From: Balanoglossus misakiensis
Lineage: Eukaryota > Animalia > Hemichordata
Length of the DNA stretch: 64,000 nucleotides
Reading direction: 5' to 3'
Assembly (NCBI GenBank): GCA_040954595.2
Contig: CM082584.2
Location: 1,767,344 to 1,831,343, forward strand
Shown: piece after piece, positions 54,401 through 64,000 of the stretch
How the letters are laid out: each line of letters begins with the position of its first letter
Position numbering within the stretch: position 1 is the first letter of the stretch
The notes under the pieces: model-generated
The model's input: only the letters and a program-made list of their open reading frames with translations
Database searches by the model: none
What the model was told of the DNA's origin: nothing
Made by a program: the position numbers and the translations under genes

Positions 54401-57400
54401 AAGTCGAAAATTTGTCATTTTTTGATGATTTTCACCAATGTTGTTTTTAAAAAATCGACGAACCCATGATTTTTTTCAAAATCGACGAAATTTTGAGATT
54501 TTGCAAAGTCGAAAATTTGTCATTTTTTGATGATTTTCAACCATTATTTTTTTTCAAAAATCGACGAAAATTTGAGATTTTGCAAAGACGAAAATTTGTC
54601 GTTTTTGATGATTTTCACCCGTTTTTTTCAAAATTTGTCATTTTTTGATGATTTTCACCCATGATTTTTTCAAAAATTGACGAAATTTTGAGATTTTGCA
54701 AAGTCGAAAATGTGTCATTTTTTGATGATTTTCGCCCGTTTTTTTCAAAATTTGTCATTTTTTGATGATTTTCACCCATGATTTTTTCAAAAATTGACGA
54801 AATTTTGAGATTTTGCAAAGTCGAAAATTTGTCATTTTTTGATGATTTTCAACCATTATTTTTTTCAAAAATCGACGAAATTGTGAGATTTTGCAAAGTA
54901 AAAAATTTGTCTTTTTTGATGATTTTCACCAATGTTGTTTTTAAAAAATCGACGAACCTGTGATTTTTTTCAAAATCGACGAAATTTTGAGATTTTGCAA
55001 AGTCGAAAATTTTGTCATTTTTTGATGATTTTCACCCATGATTTTTTCAAAAATTGACGAAATTTTGAGATTTTGCAAAGTCGAAAATGTGTCATTTTTT
55101 GATGATTTTCACCCGTTTTTTTCAAAATTTGTCATTTTTTTGATGATTTTCACCCATGATTTTTTCAAAAATTGACGAAATTTTGAGATTTTGCAAAGTC
55201 GAAAATTTGTCATTTTTTGATGATTTTCAACCATTATTTTTTTCAAAAATCGACGAAATTGTGAGATTTTGCAAAGTCAAAAATTTGTCATTTTTTGATG
55301 ATTTTCACCAATGTTGTTTTTAAAAAATCGACGAACCCATGATTTTTTCAAAAATTGACGAAATTTTGAGATTTTGCACAGTCGAAAATTTGTCATTTTT
55401 TGATGATTTTCACCCATGATTTTTTTCAAAAATCGACGAAATTTTGAGATTTTGCAAAGTCGAAAATGTGTCATTTTTTGATGATTTTCGCCCGTTTTTT
55501 TCAAAATTTGTCATTTTTTGATGATTTTCACCCATGATTTTTTCAAAAATTGACGAAATTTTGAGATTTTGCAAAGTCGAAAATTTGTCATTTTTTGATG
55601 ATTTTCAACCATTATTTTTTTCAAAAATCGACGAAATTGTGAGATTTTGCAAAGTAAAAAATTTGTCTTTTTTGATGATTTTCACCAATGTTGTTTTTAA
55701 AAAATCGACGAACCTGTGATTTTTTTCAAAATCGACGAAATTTTGAGATTTTGCAAAGTCGAAAATTTTGTCATTTTTTGATGATTTTCACCCATGATTT
55801 TTTCAAAAATTGACGAAATTTTGAGATTTTGCAAAGTCGAAAATGTGTCATTTTTTGATGATTTTCACCCGTTTTTTTCAAAATTTGTCATTTTTTTGAT
55901 GATTTTCACCCATGATTTTTTCAAAAATTGACGAAATTTTGAGATTTTGCAAAGTCGAAAATTTGTCATTTTTTGATGATTTTCAACCATTATTTTTTTC
56001 AAAAATCGACGAAATTGTGAGATTTTGCAAAGTCAAAAATTTGTCATTTTTTGATGATTTTCACCAATGTTGTTTTTAAAAAATCGACGAACCCATGATT
56101 TTTTCAAAAATTGACGAAATTTTGAGATTTTGCACAGTCGAAAATTTGTCATTTTTTGATGATTTTCACCCATGATTTTTTTCAAAAATCGACGAAATTG
56201 TGAGATTTTGCAAAGTAAAAAATTTGTCATTTATTGATAATTTTCACCCAGGTTTTTTTTTTTAAAATCGACGAACCTATGATTTTTTTCAAAATCGACG
56301 AAATTATGAGATTTTGCAAAGTCGAGAATTTTGTCATTTTTTGATGATTTTCACCCATGATTTTTTCAAAAATTGACGAAATTTTGAGATTTTGCAAAGT
56401 CGAAAATGTGTCATTTTTTGATGATTTTCACCCGTTTTTTTCAAAATTTGTCATTTTTTGATGATTTTCACCCATGATTTTTTCAAAAATTGACGAAATT
56501 TTGAGATTTTGCAAAGTCGAAAATTTGTCATTTTTTGATGATTTTCAACCATTATTTTTTTCAAAAATCGACGAAATTGTGAGATTTTGCAAAGTCAAAA
56601 ATTTGTCATTTTTTGATGATTTTCACCAATGTTGTTTTTAAAAAATCGACGAACCCATGATTTTTTCAAAAATTGACGAAATTTTGAGATTTTGCAAAGT
56701 CGAAAATTTGTCATTTTTTGATGATTTTCACCCATGATTTTTTTTCAAAAATCGACGAAATTATGAGATTTTGCAAAGTTGAAAATTTTGTCATTTTTTG
56801 ATGATTTTCACCCAGGATTTTTTTTCAAAAATGGACGAAATTTTGAGCTTTTGCAAAGTCGAAAATTTGTCATTTTTTGATAATTTTCACCTATGATTTT
56901 TTTCAAAAAAAGACAAAATTTTGAGATTTTGCAAAGTCGAAAATTTTTCATTTTTTGATGATTTTCATCCATGATTTTTTTTTTTAAATCGACGAAATTT
57001 TGAGATTTTGCAAAGTCGAAAATTTGTCATTTTTTGATGATTTTCACCAATGTTGTTTTTAAAAAATCGACGAACCCATGATTTTTTTCAAAATCGACGA
57101 AATTTTGAGATTTTGCACAGTCGAAAATTTGTCATTTTTTGATGATTTTCAACCATTATTTTTTTTCAAAAATCGACGAAAATTTGAGATTTTGCAAAGA
57201 CGAAAATTTGTCGTTTTTGATGATTTTCACCCGTTTTTTTCAAAATTTGTCATTTTTTGATGATTTTCACCCATGATTTTTTCAAAAATTGACGAAATTT
57301 TGAGATTTTGCAAAGTCGAAAATGTGTCATTTTTTGATGATTTTCGCCCGTTTTTTTCAAAATTTGTCATTTTTTGATGATTTTCACCCATGATTTTTTC

Positions 57401-60400
57401 AAAAATTGACGAAATTTTGAGATTTTGCAAAGTCGAAAATTTGTCATTTTTTGATGATTTTCAACCATTATTTTTTTCAAAAATCGACGAAATTGTGAGA
57501 TTTTGCAAAGTAAAAAATTTGTCTTTTTTGATGATTTTCACCAATGTTGTTTTTAAAAAATCGACGAACCTGTGATTTTTTTCAAAATCGACGAAATTTT
57601 GAGATTTTGCAAAGTCGAAAATTTTGTCATTTTTTGATGATTTTCACCCATGATTTTTTCAAAAATTGACGAAATTTTGAGATTTTGCAAAGTCGAAAAT
57701 GTGTCATTTTTTGATGATTTTCACCCGTTTTTTTCAAAATTTGTCATTTTTTTGATGATTTTCACCCATGATTTTTTCAAAAATTGACGAAATTTTGAGA
57801 TTTTGCAAAGTCGAAAATTTGTCATTTTTTGATGATTTTCAACCATTATTTTTTTTCAAAAATCGACGAAATTGTGAGATTTTGCAAAGTCAAAAATTTG
57901 TCATTTTTTGATGATTTTCACCAATGTTGTTTTTAAAAAATCGACGAACCCATGATTTTTTCAAAAATTGACGAAATTTTGAGATTTTGCACAGTCGAAA
58001 ATTTGTCATTTTTTGATGATTTTCACCCATGATTTTTTTCAAAAATCGACGAAATTGTGAGATTTTGCAAAGTAAAAAATTTGTCATTTTTTGATAATTT
58101 TCACCCAGGTTTTTTTTTTAAAAATCGACGAACCTATGATTTTTTTCAAAATCGACGAAATTATGAGATTTTGCAAAGTCGAAAATTTTGTCATTTTTTG
58201 ATGATTTTCACCCATGATTTTTTCAAAAATTGACGAAATTTTGAGATTTTGCAAAGTCGAAAATGTGTCATTTTTTGATGATTTTCACCCGTTTTTTTCA
58301 AAATTTGTCATTTTTTGATGATTTTCACCCATGATTTTTTCAAAAATTGACGAAATTTTGAGATTTTGCAAAGTCGAAAATTTGTCATTTTTTGATGATT
58401 TTCAACCATTATTTTTTTCAAAAATCGACGAAATTGTGAGATTTTGCAAAGTCAAAAATTTGTCATTTTTTGATGATTTTCACCAATGTTGTTTTTAAAA
58501 AATCGACGAACCCATGATTTTTTCAAAAATTGACGAAATTTTGAGATTTTGCAAAGTCGAAAATTTGTCATTTTTTGATGATTTTCACCCATGATTTTTT
58601 TCAAAAATCGACGAAATTGTGAGATTTTGCAAAGTCGAAAATTTGTCATTTTTTGATGATATTCACCCATGTTTTTTTTTAAAAAATCGACGAACCTATG
58701 ATTTTTTTCAAAATCGACGAAATTTTGAGATTTTGCAAAGTCGAAAAATTTGACATTTTTTGATGATTTTCACCCATGATTTTTTTCAAAAATTGACGAA
58801 ATTGTGAGATTTTGCAAAGTAAAAAATTTGTCATTTTTTGATGATTTTCACCCAGGTTTTTTTTTTAAAAATCGACGAACCTATGATTTTTTTCAAAATC
58901 GACGAAATTATGAGATTTTGCAAAGTCGAAAATTTTGTCATTTTTTGATGATTTTCACCCATGATTTTTTCAAAAATTGACGAAATTTTGAGATTTTGCA
59001 AAGTCGAAAATTTGTCATTTTTTGATGATTTTCATCCATTATTTTTTTTCAAAAATCGACGAAATGTTGAGATTTTGCAAAGTCGAAAATTTGTCATTTT
59101 TTGATGATTTTCTCCCATGATTTTTTTCAAAAATCGACGAAATTGTGAGATTTTGCAAAGTCGAAAATTTGTCATTTTTTGATGATTTTCACCCATGTTT
59201 TTTTTTTAAAAATCGACGAACCTATGATTTTTTTCGAAATCGACGAAATTTTGTGATTTTACAAAGTCGAAAATTTTGTCATTTTTTGATGATTTTCACC
59301 CATGATTTTTTTTCAAAAATCGACGAAATTATGAGATTTTGCAAAGTCGAAAATTTTGTCATTTTTTGATGATTTTCACCAATGTTGTTTTTAAAAAATC
59401 GACGAACCCATGATTTTTTCAAAAATTGACGAAATTTTGAGATTTTGCAAAGTCGAAAATTTGTCATTTTTTGATGATTTTCAACCATGATTTTTTTCAA
59501 AAATCGACGAAATTGTGAGATTTTGCAAAGTCAAAAATTTGTCAGTTTTTGATGATATTCACCAATGTTGTTTTTAAAAAATCGACGAACCCATGATTTT
59601 TTTCAAAATCGACGAAATTTTGAGATTTTGCAAAGTCGAAAATTTGTCATTTTTTGATGATTTTCAACCATTATTTTTTTCAAAAATCAACGAAATTTTG
59701 AGATTTTGCAGTCAAAAATTTGTCATTTTTTGATGATTTTCACCCATGATTTTTTCAAAAATTGACGAAATTTTGAGATTTTGCAAAGTCGAAAATGTGT
59801 CATTTTTTGATGATTTTCACCCGTTTTTTTCAAAATTTGTCATTTTTTGATGATTTTCACCCATGATTTTTTCAAAAATTGACGAAATTTTGAGATTTTG
59901 CAAAGTCGAAAATTTGTCATTTTTTGATGATTTTCAACCATTATTTTTTTCAAAAATCGACGAAATTGTGAGATTTTGCAAAGTCAAAAATTTGTCATTT
60001 TTTGATGATTTTCACCAATGTTGTTTTTAAAAAATCGACGAACCCATGATTTTTTCAAAAATTGACGAAATTTTGAGATTTTGCAAAGTCGAAAATTTGT
60101 CATTTTTTGATGATTTTCACCCATGATTTTTTTCAAAAATCGACGAAATTGTGAGATTTTGCAAAGTAAAAAATTTGTCTTTTTTGATGATTTTCACCAA
60201 TGTTGTTTTTAAAAAATCGACGAACCTGTGATTTTTTTCAAAATCGACGAAATTTTGAGATTTTGCAAAGTCGAAAATTTTGTCATTTTTTGATGATTTT
60301 CACCCATGATTTTTTCAAAAATTGACGAAATTTTGAGATTTTGCAAAGTCGAAAATGTGTCATTTTTTGATGATTTTCACCCGTTTTTTTCAAAATTTGT

Positions 60401-63400
60401 CATTTTTTGATGATTTTCACCCATGATTTTTTCAAAAATTGACGAAATTTTGAGATTTTGCAAAGTCGAAAATTTGTCATTTTTTGATGATTTTCAACCA
60501 TTATTTTTTTCAAAAATCGACGAAATTGTGAGATTTTGCAAAGTCAAAAATTTGTCATTTTTTGATGATTTTCACCAATGTTGTTTTTAAAAAATCGACG
60601 AACCCATGATTTTTTCAAAAATTGACGAAATTTTGAGATTTTGCAAAGTCGAAAATTTGTCATTTTTTGATGATTTTCACCCATGATTTTTTTCAAAAAT
60701 CGACGAAATTGTGAGATTTTGCAAAGTCGAAAATTTGTCATTTTTTGATGATATTCACCCATGTTTTTTTTTAAAAAATCGACGAACCTATGATTTTTTT
60801 CAAAATCGACGAAATTTTGAGATTTTGCAAAGTCGAAAAATTTGACATTTTTTGATGATTTTCACCCATGATTTTTTTCAAAAATTGACGAAATTGTGAG
60901 ATTTTGCAAAGTAAAAAATTTGTCATTTTTTGATGATTTTCACCCAGGTTTTTTTTTTAAAAATCGACGAACCTATGATTTTTTTCAAAATCGACGAAAT
61001 TATGAGATTTTGCAAAGTCGAAAATTTTGTCATTTTTTGATGATTTTCACCCATGATTTTTTCAAAAATTGACGAAATTTTGAGATTTTGCAAAGTCGAA
61101 AATTTGTCATTTTTTGATGATTTTCATCCATTATTTTTTTCAAAAATCGACGAAATGTTGAGATTTTGCAAAGTCGAAAATTTGTCATTTTTTGATGATT
61201 TTCTCCCATGATTTTTTTCAAAAATCGACGAAATTGTGAGATTTTGCAAAGTCGAAAATTTGTCATTTTTTGATGATTTTCACCCATGTTTTTTTTTTAA
61301 AAATCGACGAACCTATGATTTTTTTCGAAATCGACGAAATTTTGTGATTTTACAAAGTCGAAAATTTTGTCATTTTTTGATGATTTTCACCCATGATTTT
61401 TTTTCAAAAATCGACGAAATTATGAGATTTTTCAAAGTCGAAAATTTTGTCATTTTTTGATGATTTTCACCAATGTTGTTTTTAAAAAATCGACGAACCC
61501 ATGATTTTTTCAAAAATTGACGAAATTTTGAGATTTTGCAAAGTCGAAAATTTGTCATTTTTTGATGATTTTCAACCATGATTTTTTTCAAAAATCGACG
61601 AAATTGTGAGATTTTGCAAAGTCAAAAATTTGTCAGTTTTTGATGATATTCACCAATGTTGTTTTTAAAAAATCGACGAACCCATGATTTTTTTCAAAAT
61701 CGACGAAATTGTGAGATTTTGCAAAGTCGAAAATTTGTCATTTTTTGATGATTTTCACCCATGTTTTTTTTTTAAAAATCGACGAACCTATGATTTTTTT
61801 CGAAATCGACGAAATTTTGTGATTTTACAAAGTCGAAAATTTTGTCATTTTTTGATGATTTTCACCCATGATTTTTTCAAAAATTGACGAAATTTTGAGA
61901 TTTTGCAAAGTCGAAAATGTGTCATTTTTTGATGATTTTCACCCGTTTTTTTCAAAATTTGTCATTTTTTGATGATTTTCACCCATGATTTTTTCAAAAA
62001 TTGACGAAATTTTGAGATTTTGCAAAGTCGGAAATTTGTCATTTTTTGATGATTTTCAACCATTATTTTTTTCAAAAATCGACGAAATTGTGAGATTTTG
62101 CAAAGTCAAAAATTTGTCATTTTTTGATGATTTTCACCAATGTTGTTTTTAAAAAATCGACGAACCCATGATTTTTTCAAAAATTGACGAAATTTTGAGA
62201 TTTTGCAAAGTCGAAAATTTGACATTTTTTGATGATTTTCACCCATGATTTTTTTCAAAAATTGACGAAATTGTGAGATTTTGCAAAGTAAAAAATTGGT
62301 CATTTTTTGATGATTTTCACCCATGTTTTTTTTTAAAAAATCGACGAACCTATGATTTTTTTCAAAATCGACGAAATTATGAGATTTTGCAAAGTCGAAA
62401 ATTTTGTCATTTTTTGATGATTTTCACCCATGATTTTTTCAAAAATTGACGAAATTTTGAGATTTTGCAAAGTCGAAAATTTGTCATTTTTTGATGATTT
62501 TCTGCCATTATTTTTTTCAAAAATCGACGAAATGTTGAGATTTTGCAAAGTCGAAAATTTGTCATTTTTTGATGATTTTCTCCCATGATTTTTTTCAAAA
62601 ATCGACGAAATTGTGAGATTTTGCAAAGTCAAAAATTTGTCATTTTTTGATGATTTTCACCCATGTTTTTTTTTTAAAAATCGACGAACCTATGATATTT
62701 TTCGAAATCGACGAAATTTTGTGATTTTACAAAGTCGAAAATTTTGTCATTTTTTGATGATTTTCACCCATGATTTTTTCAAAAATTGACGAAATTTTGA
62801 GATTTTGCAAAGTCGAAAATGTGTCATTTTTTGACGATTTTCACCCGTTTTTTTTCAAAATTTGTCATTTTTTGATGATTTTCACCCATGATTTTTTCAA
62901 AAATTGACGAAATTTTGAGATTTTGCAAAGTCGAAAATTTGTCATTTTTTGATGATTTTCATCCATTATTTTTTTCAAAAATCGACGAAATGTTGAGATT
63001 TTGCAAAGTCGAAAATTTGTCATTTTTTGATGATTTTCTCCCATGATTTTTTTCAAAAATCGACGAAATTGTGAGATTTTGCAAAGTCGAAAATTTGTCA
63101 TTTTTTGATGATTTTCACCCATGTTTTTTTTTTAAAAATCGACGAACCTATGATTTTTTTCGAAATCGACGAAATTTTGTGATTTTACAAAGTCGAAAAT
63201 TTTGTCATTTTTTGATGATTTTCACCCATGATTTTTTTTCAAAAATCGACGAAATTATGAGATTTTGCAAAGTCGAAAATTTTGTCATTTTTTGATGATT
63301 TTCACCAATGTTGTTTTTAAAAAATCGACGAACCCATGATTTTTTCAAAAATTGACGAAATTTTGAGATTTTGCAAAGTCGAAAATTTGTCATTTTTTGA

Positions 63401-64000
63401 TGATTTTCACCCATGATTTTTTTCAAAAATCGACGAAATTGTGAGATTTTGCAAAGTCAAAAATTTGTCAGTTTTTGATGATATTCACCAATGTTGTTTT
63501 TAAAAAATCGACGAACCCATGATTTTTTTCAAAATCGACGAAATTGTGAGATTTTGCAAAGTCGAAAATTTGTCATTTTTTGATGATTTTCACCCATGTT
63601 TTTTTTTTAAAAATCGACGAACCTATGATTTTTTTCGAAATCGACGAAATTTTGTGATTTTACAAAGTCGAAAATTTTGTCATTTTTTGATGATTTTCAC
63701 CCATGATTTTTTTTCAAAAATGGACGAAATTTTGAGATTTTGCAAAGACGAAAATTTGTCATTTTTTGATGATTTTCACCCATGATTTTTTTTCAAAAAT
63801 CGACGAAATTTTGAGATTTTGCAAAGTCGAAAATGTGTCATTTTTTGATGATTTTCACCCGTTTTTTTTCAAAATTTGTCATTTTTTGATGATTTTCACC
63901 CATGATTTTTTTTCAAAAATCGACGAAATTTTGAGATTTTGCAAAGTCGAAAATGTGTCATTTTTTGATGATTTTCACCCATGATTTTTTTCAAAAATCG
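33433..64000 (-). repeat. Satellite 2: 77-79-bp monomer, sister of satellite 1 in the opposite orientation, >30 kb and running off the window
   Basis: Plus-strand consensus CCCATGATTTTTTTCAAAAATCGACGAAATTTTGAGATTTTGCAAAGTCGAAAATTTGTCATTTTTTGATGATTTTCA (78 bp; 26-aa period in the ORF track). Recurrent ~105-bp insertion and ~40-bp deletion variants. Confidence 0.99.

Noticed and set aside
15611-64000. Dozens of K/F/I-rich ORFs (e.g. MGENHQKMTNFRLCKISKFRQFLKK repeats)
   Set aside because: They are translations of the 78/88-bp satellites. Frames break at variable homopolymer runs and there are no splice or domain signals.

Overview
AT-rich eukaryotic (metazoan, probably marine invertebrate) genomic DNA at a transition from a transposon/gene-fragment mosaic into satellite DNA. 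I found no intact protein-coding gene. Bases 1-13,000 hold two decayed MED25 (ACID/PTOV domain) exons, an orphan calcium-binding EGF exon, a degenerate tRNA-Leu, TTAA-flanked Kolobok-type non-autonomous transposons, a broken ALOG-domain tyrosine recombinase (DIRS1-like), and a hairpin-headed non-autonomous element. From ~13 kb on the window is mostly tandem repeat: a ~530-bp repeat, an ~88-bp satellite (15.6-30.2 kb) interrupted by a complete nested Helentron-type (HINE/DINE-1-like) element, a 5'-truncated CR1/L2-group LINE (31.1-33.4 kb), and a 78-bp sister satellite in the opposite orientation that runs off the window. The main observation is that each satellite array sits next to a terminus of what looks like the same Helentron family (subTIR AGGGG[A/T]CCAAG) with matching polarity. 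This suggests two head-to-head Helentron-type elements whose internal repeats expanded into satellites. Nearly all ORFs in the track beyond 13 kb, except the LINE ORFs, are repeat-translation artefacts. All alignments were done by eye, so repeat boundaries are approximate.
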